NCBI GenBank assembly: GCA_963770895.1
Contig: CAVYRF010000002.1
Coordinates: forward strand, 896,001 to 960,000
DNA: 64,000 bases
Direction: 5' to 3'
DNA from: an uncultured Acidobacteriota bacterium
Lineage (GTDB): Bacteria > Acidobacteriota > Thermoanaerobaculia > Multivoradales > UBA5704
In this document: piece after piece, positions 9,085 to 20,079 of the stretch
Numbering within the stretch: position 1 is the first letter of the stretch
How the letters are laid out: every line of letters starts with the position of its first letter
Position numbers and translations under genes: made by a program
Notes under the pieces: generated by a model
What the model was told of the DNA's origin: nothing
Seen by the model: only the letters and a program-made list of their open reading frames with translations
Databases searched by the model: none

Positions 9085-9693
9085 GTGGCGTGGAAGAAGA
9101 ACGATGACAACCCCATCCTCCCGGAACCGGCGCCCCTCGCGACGCGCCCCGCCACCCCACCCCCCGCATCCCTGACCGACTCGCGGCGCGCCGACCGCGG
9201 CACCGCCACCATCGGCCCATCCATCTTTATCAAAGGCGACCTGAGCGGCGACGAAGACCTGGTGATCGAAGGCCGCGTCGAAGGCCGCATCGACCTCAAG
9301 CAGCACAACGTCACGATCGGCAAGAACGGCAGGGTGCATGCCGACGTCTACGGCAACACGGTGGTCGTCGAGGGCGAAGTGGACGGCAACCTCTTCGCCC
9401 AGCAGCAGGCGATCCTGCGCCAGTCCGGCGCGGTGCGCGGCAACATCACCGCGCCGCGCGTGATGCTCGAAGACGGCTCGCGCTTCCGTGGCAGCATCGA
9501 CATGGATTCCAAGCAGGAGGCAAAGGCCGGGGCACCGAACGCTGGCGGCGGCGGCGCCACCGCGCCGGCGCCCGCGTCGGGTGCCAACGTGGCCGCGGGC
9601 ACTCCGGCGCCAGCTTCGACGGGGGCGGCGGGAGCAGGTTCGCCGGCGGCGCTGGCCGGCGCCGGCGTCCGCGGCGGCAGCAGTGGCAGCTGA
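9085..9693 (+). CDS. Bactofilin (polymer-forming cytoskeletal protein)
   Basis: ATIGPSIFIKGDLSGDEDLVIEGRVEGRI...IGKNGRVHADV...GEVDGNL...VRGNITAPRVMLEDGSRFRGSIDM; TAAGGAG RBS, GTG start. Confidence 0.93.
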   Translation: MAWKKNDDNPILPEPAPLATRPATPPPASLTDSRRADRGTATIGPSIFIKGDLSGDEDLVIEGRVEGRIDLKQHNVTIGKNGRVHADVYGNTVVVEGEVDGNLFAQQQAILRQSGAVRGNITAPRVMLEDGSRFRGSIDMDSKQEAKAGAPNAGGGGATAPAPASGANVAAGTPAPASTGAAGAGSPAALAGAGVRGGSSGS

Positions 9694-9714
9694 TCGTCCG
9701 GCGAGACGCAACGG

Positions 9715-10491
9715 ATGAGCTGGTTCTCGCGCCGCGCCGGGACGCCCCCTCGTCCCGGCGCGGATCAACCCGGCGCCGCCGCCACGGCGGCGGCACCGCC
9801 ACCGCCCGGCGGTCCGCAGAGCCATCGTTCCCTGGGCCTGGCGGCGCTGCTCGCCAGCTTTGCAGGCCACGAGCGGCTGCACGTGCTGGACCTGGGCCCG
9901 GCGGTGGGGGGCAACGTGGAATTCCTCTCCCGCTACGGTTGCAAGTTGTACATCCAGGACCTCTACCCGGCGCTGGTGACGCTGCAGCCGCGCTCCGCGC
10001 AGCCCGGCGCCAACGAGAACGCCGCCCCCTGGGACCGCGCCGTGGTGCGCGAAGCGCGTGAAACCTGGGAGGCGCGCGACGAACGCGAGCGCCAGCAGAC
10101 CGAAGGCGGCAGCCGCTCCGGCGCGCTCGGCGCCCTGGTCAGCTATCCGGACGACACACGGTTCGACGCCGTGCTGGTCTGGGACCTTTTCAACTACCTC
10201 GACCGCCGCGAAGTGGCGGAGCTGGCCCGGCAGCTGGCGCGGTACTGCCGCCCGGGGGCGCTGGTGTTCGGGCTCATCTCGATCCTCAAGCAGATCCCGG
10301 CCGACCCGATGCGCTTCCGCATCGTCGACGCCGACCACCTGAGCTACGAGGCGCGGACGCCGGCGCTGCGCCCCTGCCCACGCTACGCCCCTGCCGAGCT
10401 CAACGAGCTGCTGCGCGGCTTCCAGCTGGACCGCTCGTTCCTGATGCGGCACGGCGTGCAGGAATACCTGTTCGCCCGCATGCCCGGCTGA
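9715..10491 (+). CDS. Class I SAM-methyltransferase-like protein
   Basis: VLDLGPAVGGN motif I-like, RFDAVLVWDLFNYLD, CRPGALV. Confidence 0.75.
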   Translation: MSWFSRRAGTPPRPGADQPGAAATAAAPPPPGGPQSHRSLGLAALLASFAGHERLHVLDLGPAVGGNVEFLSRYGCKLYIQDLYPALVTLQPRSAQPGANENAAPWDRAVVREARETWEARDERERQQTEGGSRSGALGALVSYPDDTRFDAVLVWDLFNYLDRREVAELARQLARYCRPGALVFGLISILKQIPADPMRFRIVDADHLSYEARTPALRPCPRYAPAELNELLRGFQLDRSFLMRHGVQEYLFARMPG

Positions 10492-10507
10492 GCTACGGGC
10501 GCGGGGT

Positions 10508-11119
10508 TCAGCCCAGGTGGCCCAGACGGGCGCCGGCGCGCAACAAGGCGACCGACGACTTGCCGTCGACGATTTCCCCGCCCGCCGCCATGGCCAGCGC
10601 CCGCGCCAGCGCCACCCGCTCCAGCGTCAGCAGCTCGTCGCCCTCCAGCGCCTGCCGCCCCGCGGTGAGGTCCGTCGCCAGGTAGAGCCAGATCCGTTCG
10701 TCGGTGAAGCCGGGCGTCGTCCAGATCCAGCCCAGCGATTGCAGGGCACCCGCCACCAGACCGGTCTCTTCTTCCAGCTCGCGCGCCGCGCACACCTCGG
10801 GCGCTTCGCCGGGATCGCGGGTGCCGGCGGGCACTTCCAGCAGCCAGCCGCCGGTGGCGTGGCGGTACTGGCGCACCAGCAGCACCTCGCCCGAGCCGAG
10901 CAGCGGCACGATCGCGGCTGCCCCCGGATGGTGAATGATCTCCAGGTCCCGCTCCGAGCCGTCCGGCATGCGCAGGCGATCGACCGCCACCTGGATGCGG
11001 CGGCCGGTGAAGCCGACACGGCTGCCGATCACCGCGACCGGCCGGTCGCCCGCCGGGTCGCCGGCCGCGGATGCGGCAGCCGGCGCCGGGTGCTGGTTGC
11101 CCTCGTCGTCGCTAGCCAT
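10508..11119 (-). CDS. NUDIX hydrolase (ADP-ribose pyrophosphatase-like)
   Basis: HPGAAAIVP, LVRQYRH, LEVPAG...GEAPEVCAARELEEETG, TPGFTDE, IVDGKS. Confidence 0.93.
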   Translation of the reverse strand: MASDDEGNQHPAPAAASAAGDPAGDRPVAVIGSRVGFTGRRIQVAVDRLRMPDGSERDLEIIHHPGAAAIVPLLGSGEVLLVRQYRHATGGWLLEVPAGTRDPGEAPEVCAARELEEETGLVAGALQSLGWIWTTPGFTDERIWLYLATDLTAGRQALEGDELLTLERVALARALAMAAGGEIVDGKSSVALLRAGARLGHLG

Positions 11120-11987
11120 GACTCTTGACTCCTTCGGTGCCGGGCGGCAGGTGCTTTTCCTGGTAGCCCTGCGGCAGCACGAACCATGCCTCGGGCGGCG
11201 TCGCGGCTTCGAGCCGGGTGACTTCCATGCTGGTGCGGGTCACCGCCGGGCGGCCGTCGTGCTGGCGGCTGGTCGACACGGTGACGGCGCGCAGGGGATA
11301 GCCGGGCACGGCGCCGGCCTGCGCCGCGATGCGGGCGTCCAGGCCGGCGTCGCCGGTCGGCGGCGGCTCGTGGCGCAACCAGACGCCGGCTCCCTGGTCG
11401 TGCAACTTGTCGGTGATCCACAGGTCCTGCTCGACCACCGTACCGCCCGAGGTGGACATCCCCAGCACGTTGACGACGGTCTTGTAGCTGATCCGGAAGC
11501 GGAAGATCCGCGTCGGCAGACCGGCCACGACGCCGCCGTCCGCTTCGGGCAGGCGCGCCACCCTGAGGTCCGAGACGTTCACCTTGAGCAGCGGCCCCAT
11601 GCCGTGCAGCACGCCGCCAACCCGCTCCAGCATCGCCCGCAGGTCCCAGGGGGTGTAGGAGCGCTGGGCGGGGTCGATCAGGTAGAGGGTGCGTCCGGCG
11701 TCACGGCTGACCAGCCAGGTCCCGGCGCGTGCCGCCGGGTTGTCGCTCTTGTGCAGCTCGATGCGCGCCCGCTGCCCCAGCGCCCAGCCCTCGACCTGCA
11801 CCTCGGAGCTGTGCGGCGCGGTGTCTTCGGCGCCGGCGATCGAGGTGCGCGTCACCGCCGTATAGTGAATCCCCGCCTGGGCCGGCAGCGCCACCGCGGC
11901 CAGGCCGAGCAGGACCAGCACCCCCGCCCCGGCGAGCGCCCGCGCCACCTGGCGGCAAGGGCTGTGCAAGAGGCAGCTACCGGACAT
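11112..11987 (-). CDS. Secreted DUF4412-like protein
   Basis: Signal peptide ending LPAQA; beta-rich domain, TLYLIDPAQRSY, VPGYPLR, WFVLPQGYQE; start uncertain. Confidence 0.7.
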   Translation of the reverse strand: MSGSCLLHSPCRQVARALAGAGVLVLLGLAAVALPAQAGIHYTAVTRTSIAGAEDTAPHSSEVQVEGWALGQRARIELHKSDNPAARAGTWLVSRDAGRTLYLIDPAQRSYTPWDLRAMLERVGGVLHGMGPLLKVNVSDLRVARLPEADGGVVAGLPTRIFRFRISYKTVVNVLGMSTSGGTVVEQDLWITDKLHDQGAGVWLRHEPPPTGDAGLDARIAAQAGAVPGYPLRAVTVSTSRQHDGRPAVTRTSMEVTRLEAATPPEAWFVLPQGYQEKHLPPGTEGVKSHG

Positions 11988-12777
11988 GACGACCGATCAT
12001 CTCGTTCCCGCCGGCGCACCGCAACCCCCGCACCCTTCGCACTCGCCGCACTCGTCGCAGGCGGGGGCCGCCCCGCCGCTGCGGCGGATGACCTTGCCCG
12101 TGCTGGCCGCTGCCGCGCTGCTGCTGGCGCCGGCGCTGCCTGCCGCTGCCCCGCCTGAACCGGCGCCGGCCACGGCCGCCGCCGGCGCCGCCGCCGGTCC
12201 GGAGGCGCCGCCACCCATCCCGCCGCCGGCGGACGCCGCCGATGCGGCGCGCCTGGCAACCGGCGAGGTGCTGCTGTCGTCGCGCCCCTACGGCACCCGC
12301 CAGCTCACCGAGGAGATCGGGCGCGGCCTGATCGACGCCGCTCCGCGGCGCGTCTTCGCCGCGGTGGCCGACTTCGCTCACTATGACGAATGGGTGCCGT
12401 TCGTGAAGAAGTCGGACGCCCACCCCCAGGCCGACGGCTCGGTGCTCTCCTTCCAGTCCCTGGACCTGCCGTTCCCGCTCGGCACGCGCTACTACCGGTT
12501 CCGCGCCAGGACGGCGGTCGAGGAGCGGGCCGGCAGCGAGGCGTGGCGCGTATGGTGGAGCTACGTGCCGGGCAGCGGCAACGTCGCGGACCACCACGGC
12601 TGGTGGGTCCTGGTGCCGGCGCCGGGCGGCAAGACACTGGGCACCTGCCTGCTGTTCACCGACCCCGGCGGCAGCACCCCGGCCTGGGCCCTGCACCGCG
12701 GCACCGCCGAGACCATGCCTTACGTCTTCAGCGCCCTGCGCCAGCAGATCCACCGCTCGCGCTACGACCGGCAGTGA
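11986..12777 (+). CDS. Secreted SRPBCC/START (polyketide cyclase-like) protein
   Basis: IDAAPRRVFAAVADFAHYDEWVPFV, DLPFPLGTRYY, DPGGSTPAW; probable start at 12088 (signal peptide). Confidence 0.8.
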   Translation: MTTDHLVPAGAPQPPHPSHSPHSSQAGAAPPLRRMTLPVLAAAALLLAPALPAAAPPEPAPATAAAGAAAGPEAPPPIPPPADAADAARLATGEVLLSSRPYGTRQLTEEIGRGLIDAAPRRVFAAVADFAHYDEWVPFVKKSDAHPQADGSVLSFQSLDLPFPLGTRYYRFRARTAVEERAGSEAWRVWWSYVPGSGNVADHHGWWVLVPAPGGKTLGTCLLFTDPGGSTPAWALHRGTAETMPYVFSALRQQIHRSRYDRQ

Positions 12778-12859
12778 GGGTGGTACACTTCTCCCGGTCC
12801 TCCCTAAGCATCTGTAGAGTCGATACGTCGAGCGTACGGCAGGACTGAGGAAAGCGTGT

Positions 12860-14053
12860 ATGGAAAATGAAGCCCTGGCTCTCGACGCCCATCTCGGCGC
12901 CGAGCTGCACCGCCGCTCGTCGGAGCTCACCCGGCTGTGGCTGGACTGCCTGCAAAAGCGGCTCGACGTCAAGCCGCGCCGGATCTTCCCGTCCGAGACG
13001 CTGCTCAATCACATCCCCGAGGTACTGAAGGCCATCTCCGACTATCTCGGGGCCAGCGGCAACGCCGGCGCCGAAGAGCTGGTGCGCACCGAGCTTGCCA
13101 AGCTGGCGCACCTGCGGCGCGAGCAGGGCTACGACGTCGACGAGCTGCTTGCCGAGTTCGAGATCCTGGGCGACATCCTGTACGGCGCCTTGCGCGAAGA
13201 GGCGCTGGCCTTCGACCGCAAGGTGCCCGCCGAATATGCGATCGCGGTGGCCGAAAGGCTCTACCGGGCGCTCATGGCGATCACCAAGATCACCACCAAC
13301 ACCTTCAAGCAGGAGAGCGTGCGCGATCTGCGCGAGCGAGCGCGGCTGCTGGGCGGGTTCGGGCGCGACCTGGCGCACGAGCTGCGCAACCGGCTGGCCG
13401 CCGCCGAAGCGTCCCTCCACATCCTGGCGCACGACGCCGCACCGGTCGGCGAGCGCGCCCAGCGCGCGCTCGCCTCGCTCGGCAATGCCCTGCGCCGCAT
13501 CAACGGCGTCGCCGACGACGTGCACGCGCTGGCGATCGCCCAGGGCAGCGAAGAGTCGGCGCAGGGACGGCGCCTGGCGCTGCGCACGCTGGTGGAGGAC
13601 ACCGTGGCCGAGCTGGCCGGCCTGGCGCGCGAAAAGGACGTGACGCTCGAAGTGGTGGAGCCGCTGCCCGACGTGCAGGTGGACGCCACCCGCGTGGAGC
13701 TGATCCTGATCAACCTGCTCGGCAACGCGATCAAGTACTCCGATGAAACCAAGAGCCGGCGCTGGACGCGCATCTTCGTCACCCCCGAAGCGCCGACGGA
13801 CAACGGCAGCGGCCAATGGCGCGTCGGCGTCGCCGACAACGGCGTCGGCATCGCCGAGGACATGAAGGGGCTGGTCTTCGAACAGTTCGTGCGCGCCCAT
13901 CCCGACATCGCCGACGGCACCGGCCTGGGGCTGGCCATCGCCCGCTCCGCCGTCGAGCAGCTGCGCGGCCGCATCTGGGTAGAGACGGAACCCGGCACGG
14001 GCAGCACCTTCTACTTCACCGTCCTCGATCCGCCGTCCGCGGCGACGACGTAG
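12860..14053 (+). CDS. Cytoplasmic orphan histidine kinase with an RsbRD_N-like N-terminal domain
   Basis: LRREQGYDVDELLAEFEIL (RsbRD_N-like), LAHELRNRL H-box, NLLGNAIKYS, VADNGVGI, GTGLGLAI, PGTGSTFYF. Confidence 0.9.
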   Translation: MENEALALDAHLGAELHRRSSELTRLWLDCLQKRLDVKPRRIFPSETLLNHIPEVLKAISDYLGASGNAGAEELVRTELAKLAHLRREQGYDVDELLAEFEILGDILYGALREEALAFDRKVPAEYAIAVAERLYRALMAITKITTNTFKQESVRDLRERARLLGGFGRDLAHELRNRLAAAEASLHILAHDAAPVGERAQRALASLGNALRRINGVADDVHALAIAQGSEESAQGRRLALRTLVEDTVAELAGLAREKDVTLEVVEPLPDVQVDATRVELILINLLGNAIKYSDETKSRRWTRIFVTPEAPTDNGSGQWRVGVADNGVGIAEDMKGLVFEQFVRAHPDIADGTGLGLAIARSAVEQLRGRIWVETEPGTGSTFYFTVLDPPSAATT

Positions 14054-14082
14054 GCGTCGTCGCCGGGCGGCCGGCGGCCGGT

Positions 14083-15972
<1,890 letters not shown>

Positions 15973-16262
15973 CGACTGCTCCTCCTTGGGGAACCTCCTG
16001 CCATCCTGCGGGGGCCGCCGCCAATCTCAGGGGTCTCAGGGAGCCTCCACTCTTCGCCGGCCGTCGTGCAGGCCGGAGCAGCGGGCATGCGACCCTACGG
16101 TATCTCAGGTGCCGCGGGGAGGCCGGGCTGGGACGCCGGCTCCCACGACCCCCGATCTGGATCGCCTGCCCGGCCGTCGCGCCGCAGCCCAGGGGAGCCG
16201 GCAGGAGCCCGCGGCGCCGGCTTGATAAGATACCGGGCCGCGCCCGCCTGCGCACCCAAACC

Positions 16263-16922
16263 ATGTTCGAGGACCTGACGCGACCGCGAGACACGGCGCG
16301 GCGCCGGTTGCTGCTGGCCGGTTCCGCCCTGCTGCACGCGGCAGCCGTCGCCCTGCTGCTGCGCTCCGGCGCCGGAGGGTCCGCCGCGACCGAGCGCCAG
16401 ATCGACGTCCTGCTGTTCCCGCCGGCACCACGCCCGCACGCCACCGGCAGCGCGCCCGCCGACGCCGCCGCGGACCCGGCGCGGACGGCGCCCGCCGAGC
16501 AGCAGGTGGTGCAGCCCACCGTGGCGCCCGATCCGCAGCCGGCCGCGCCGTCGCCGCCCGCCGATGCCGCAACCGGCGCGCCGGCATCGCCCAATCCCGC
16601 CGGCGCGGAGCCGACGAGCGGCGCCGATCTGCCCGCCGACGCGGGCGGCGACGTGGCACGCCCCCAGCTCATCGCCGCCAGCCGCACCCTGCCCGACTAC
16701 CCCGTCGCGGCGCAGCAGGCCGGCCTTGAAGGGGTCGTCATCCTGAAGACCATCATCGACGAGCGCGGCAAGGTCGGCGACATCCAGGTGCTGCACGGCC
16801 TCGGCATGGGCCTCGACGAAGCCGCCGTCGCCGCCGTCCGCCGCTGGCGCTTCCAGCCTGCCACCCGCAACGGCAAGCCGGTCAAAGTCTTCTACGTCCT
16901 GTCCGTGTACTTCCACCTGTGA
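16263..16922 (+). CDS. TonB-family energy transducer
   Basis: TM SALLH motif, Pro/Ala linker, PDYPVAAQQAGLEGVV, GLDEAAVAAVRRWRFQPA. Confidence 0.9.
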   Translation: MFEDLTRPRDTARRRLLLAGSALLHAAAVALLLRSGAGGSAATERQIDVLLFPPAPRPHATGSAPADAAADPARTAPAEQQVVQPTVAPDPQPAAPSPPADAATGAPASPNPAGAEPTSGADLPADAGGDVARPQLIAASRTLPDYPVAAQQAGLEGVVILKTIIDERGKVGDIQVLHGLGMGLDEAAVAAVRRWRFQPATRNGKPVKVFYVLSVYFHL

Positions 16923-16924
16923 CT

Positions 16925-16961
16925 CCTGGGCGGTGGTGTTCTCACTCGTCGTTGGCGGTGC
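16925..16961. repeat. Left inverted repeat of the DUF262-HipA cassette
   Basis: CCTGGGCGGTGGTGTTCTCACTCGTCGTTGGCGGTGC; its reverse complement matches 19979-20015 at 33/37 positions. Confidence 0.8.
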
Positions 16962-17033
16962 GGGAATGCGGTGCGGGAATGACGATCCGTACCGGGCCTT
17001 GTCTCAATGGCAAGAGGAGGACACCTGGCGCCC

Positions 17034-18224
17034 TTAGAGCTGCAGACCGCTCAGGTGGTGACGCAGGTGTTCCTTCGCTTCACGGTGCATGGGTAGATCC
17101 GCTTCGAGGCGAGCCCAAGCAGCCCTGATCCTTGCTGCCATTTCACCGATTTCGCTGGCCATACGCTGCTCATCAAAGTCACATTTGCGGGCCAGCCGCC
17201 TGAACGCTTCCCTGTCAACCCGCCGAAAATCCTTGTTGCCGTCGAGGTTCAACGCCAATGTATCCTCAGGATAGTAGGCCCGCGTGAACACAAGGTCATA
17301 TGCAGGCGAAAGCGCGGCGGTCCGGTCATCGGGATAGGTCAAGGACCAATTCTTGTGATGAGCGTCGCCGTTTCCCGACAACACCATGAACGCCAAGCGC
17401 CGCGCATACTCCAGAAAAGCATTGTCACCCGCCACCGCCCTGACGACCCTGCCGATCGTCTCGTAGTTGTACTTGATGTACTTTTGGCCTGGGTAGAGCT
17501 TGAGCACCTGTGCGAAATCTTCCTGATGGATCCGTCGCCGATCCTGACGATCGTACCGGCGCACCAGGAGGGCCTGCTGTTCTTCCAGCTGCCCGACTTC
17601 GCGTGGCAGCCCCTCCACGCCGGCGATCGGGATGAGCTCGACATCCGGAACTTCAATCCCCGATTCCTGAGCCCAGGTTAAGATCGAAAACTCGTTCGCT
17701 GGTACCAGAGAATGACGGCTGTCGGGAAGCTTCAAGATCCAATCGCCGCCTCGGCCGGAAACGGGTAGGACCACGCCCTTTCCTTTGCGCAACGCGGAGA
17801 ACTTCAACTGCACCCCGGCAAGAGAGAACTTAAGCGGTGAATCGCCGTTCAGATAGGAGGCGGAAGGGGGCTCATCGCCGGTCTCCGGCATCTCGCCCGG
17901 AGCGGCTTCGACAACCACGGCGCCAGGAAGGTCGCCCCCAAGGTAGGCCAGCAAGGAGAGGTCGTCAGGTTCCTGGATCTCGGCATGACGGACGATCAGG
18001 TCGTGCAGGGCGCCTTCGGGCAGCAGGTTGGCGAAGAAGGGCGGCAGGCGGCCTGCCGTCTTGTACGGCCGGCGTGGATCGTCCAGGAAGCTCTGGCCCA
18101 GCACGGGCCTGCGGCTCATGTCCAGGTAGCTGCTGGCAAAACGGAACTCGAAGACATTGCCGGCCAGGCGGCCGAGGCTGCCAACCGTCCGGTCACCCAG
18201 TTTCACCGCAAGATGGTCCATCAT
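17034..18224 (-). CDS. HipA-family Ser/Thr kinase toxin with N-terminal subdomain
   Basis: LPPFFANLLPEG, FSLAGVQLKF, WILKLP, RRYDR, HQEDFAQ, GNGDAHHKNWS, LSPAYDLV; ATGA overlap with the upstream gene. Confidence 0.92.
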   Translation of the reverse strand: MMDHLAVKLGDRTVGSLGRLAGNVFEFRFASSYLDMSRRPVLGQSFLDDPRRPYKTAGRLPPFFANLLPEGALHDLIVRHAEIQEPDDLSLLAYLGGDLPGAVVVEAAPGEMPETGDEPPSASYLNGDSPLKFSLAGVQLKFSALRKGKGVVLPVSGRGGDWILKLPDSRHSLVPANEFSILTWAQESGIEVPDVELIPIAGVEGLPREVGQLEEQQALLVRRYDRQDRRRIHQEDFAQVLKLYPGQKYIKYNYETIGRVVRAVAGDNAFLEYARRLAFMVLSGNGDAHHKNWSLTYPDDRTAALSPAYDLVFTRAYYPEDTLALNLDGNKDFRRVDREAFRRLARKCDFDEQRMASEIGEMAARIRAAWARLEADLPMHREAKEHLRHHLSGLQL

Positions 18225-19816
18225 TCGGCAACCACCAATGTGTCGATCGCGGGCCGATCGCGATCGCTCGGATCCCATTCGGCGCGGTCGTCCAGGAAAC
18301 GCTGGACATGCACTCTCAGGTCCAGCTCGCGGTGCCGCAGGAACCTGGCAAGGTCGCCCTGATGCAGCGCCCGCGCCGCGGCGGATGAGATCAGATGCGA
18401 CCGCAGAATGTCCTCATCCTCGCACTGCACGAGCTGCCGGCGAAGCGACGTCTTACCGTGTCTCGCCTGCAGAATGCGGTTGGCCAGACCCTCCGCTTCC
18501 GGGATGCTGTTAGTCGACGACAGGCGCCGCGCCGGACCTTCCGGCTGTTCGCAGAGCCGAGCGACGTCGAGGCTATCTCCCGTCTGGATGTCGCGAGGGC
18601 GCAGCGATCCGAGTGCGATCAGCTGCAGCTTGGTGCGGGCGAACCGGAAGCGATAGGGCCGCAGCGCCGGATCCTCGGTAGGGCGCTGGCCTACCTCCGC
18701 CAGAAGGCTGCGCACCGACGCGACCTCGTCGCCCCCCTTGACAGCATCAAGGGTCCGCCGGAGCGACACCGTGTCACCGCGGTGGGTGCCGCTTACGGCT
18801 CCCCGCCAGAGCCACCGAGTGAGCAGCTGGCGGGTTCGATACGCCGGTTCGGGATGCTCGTGGAAGAAGAGCGCCAGGGTGACCAGCGGCAGCCGATAGG
18901 GCATCAAGGAGATGTGCGGAAATTGTGCCTCTTTGACGAAGACAATCGCATTGCGCAGCGCCGCAGCCGTATCGGCCAGCGCTGCCGGTACGTCGACCTC
19001 CGGAATCTGCCGGAAGCTGCGCGCCTGGTCTTTGCGCCGCACGGCGAGCAGGGCGCGCAGAATAAGCTTGCTTTCGATGCGGCCGAATTGCAGCTGCAGG
19101 AGCAGATCGGCAATGCCATGCAAGCTCGACGGCTCCTGCGAGCTTTGGGCGCCAAACAGCGCGTCGAAGACTTCCTCCCCCTTCAGCTGTTTGCCGCTTG
19201 TGTTCATGCGATCGAAAATGTTGCGTAGCACCTTCTCGCCGGCCTCGACCACATAGGACGTCGTTTGATACTCGCGCAGGCGTTTACCCAGTTCGAAAGC
19301 GGTCAACTGATTGGGCCCCGTCAGCTGATTGGCGCTGGCCCAGGCCATCAGGCGGACTGCATCGTGCACCTCGCTCAAGGGGATCCAGAGCGGAGCCGGT
19401 TTTTGCGTCGCCGTTCCGTACGCGAATGCCTTGTCGGCCAGATTGAATCGGATCGTGCGGCCGGCCGGATTGGATCCCGCACCGGCGAGCAGGACCGAAG
19501 CGAGGGTGGTGACCCGCTGCTGTCCGTCGACGATCCACAGAGCATCCGTGCGCCCCTCGGCATCGACGGCAAAGTCGCCAAAGTAACTTCGTGCAGCTTC
19601 TGCCGGATGCTTCCAGAAGAGCAGGGTGCCGATCGGGAAGCCGCGATAGATACTGTCGAAGAGCGCGATGCGATCCTGATCGCCCCAGTTTAGAGCTCTT
19701 TGAAATTCAGGGATGCGAATCCGCCCCGCTCCGATTTCGCTTAGCAGATCCTCGACCGAGATCGCACGGGCTTCCGGACGCCGGTCCAGGCGAGCGGTGC
19801 TTTCGAATACGGACAT
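18221..19816 (-). CDS. DUF262 (GmrS/ParB-like) domain protein with a degenerate HNH-like C-terminus
   Basis: IPEFQRALNW, FDSIYRGFPIGTLLFW, IVDGQQRVTTL, IFDRMNTSGKQL; C-terminal LANRIL...SHLI...FLRHR. Confidence 0.88.
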   Translation of the reverse strand: MSVFESTARLDRRPEARAISVEDLLSEIGAGRIRIPEFQRALNWGDQDRIALFDSIYRGFPIGTLLFWKHPAEAARSYFGDFAVDAEGRTDALWIVDGQQRVTTLASVLLAGAGSNPAGRTIRFNLADKAFAYGTATQKPAPLWIPLSEVHDAVRLMAWASANQLTGPNQLTAFELGKRLREYQTTSYVVEAGEKVLRNIFDRMNTSGKQLKGEEVFDALFGAQSSQEPSSLHGIADLLLQLQFGRIESKLILRALLAVRRKDQARSFRQIPEVDVPAALADTAAALRNAIVFVKEAQFPHISLMPYRLPLVTLALFFHEHPEPAYRTRQLLTRWLWRGAVSGTHRGDTVSLRRTLDAVKGGDEVASVRSLLAEVGQRPTEDPALRPYRFRFARTKLQLIALGSLRPRDIQTGDSLDVARLCEQPEGPARRLSSTNSIPEAEGLANRILQARHGKTSLRRQLVQCEDEDILRSHLISSAAARALHQGDLARFLRHRELDLRVHVQRFLDDRAEWDPSDRDRPAIDTLVVAE

Positions 19817-19978
19817 AAGCAAGAGTGGGCGACCACAGCAGGACGCCCCCCATAGGGCATGCCGGCCTCGGCCTGGAGTGGCGAAGGGTCGGCCTGCCTG
19901 CGGCGAGCCTATCATTGACGGCGGTAACCTGGCGGCAGACCGCGTGCCGCGCGCGGATCCGCCTACGGCGCCCAGCCA

Positions 19979-20015
19979 GCACCACCAACGACCAGTGAGG
20001 ACACCACCGCCCGGG
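19979..20015. repeat. Right inverted repeat of the DUF262-HipA cassette
   Basis: GCACCACCAACGACCAGTGAGGACACCACCGCCCGGG, inverse of 16925-16961. Confidence 0.8.
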
Positions 20016-20079
20016 CAGGCGGTTTGACGGCCGGAGCGGCACTCCGTAAGCTGCAAAGCGGCTGGGGACGGGCCGCGGC

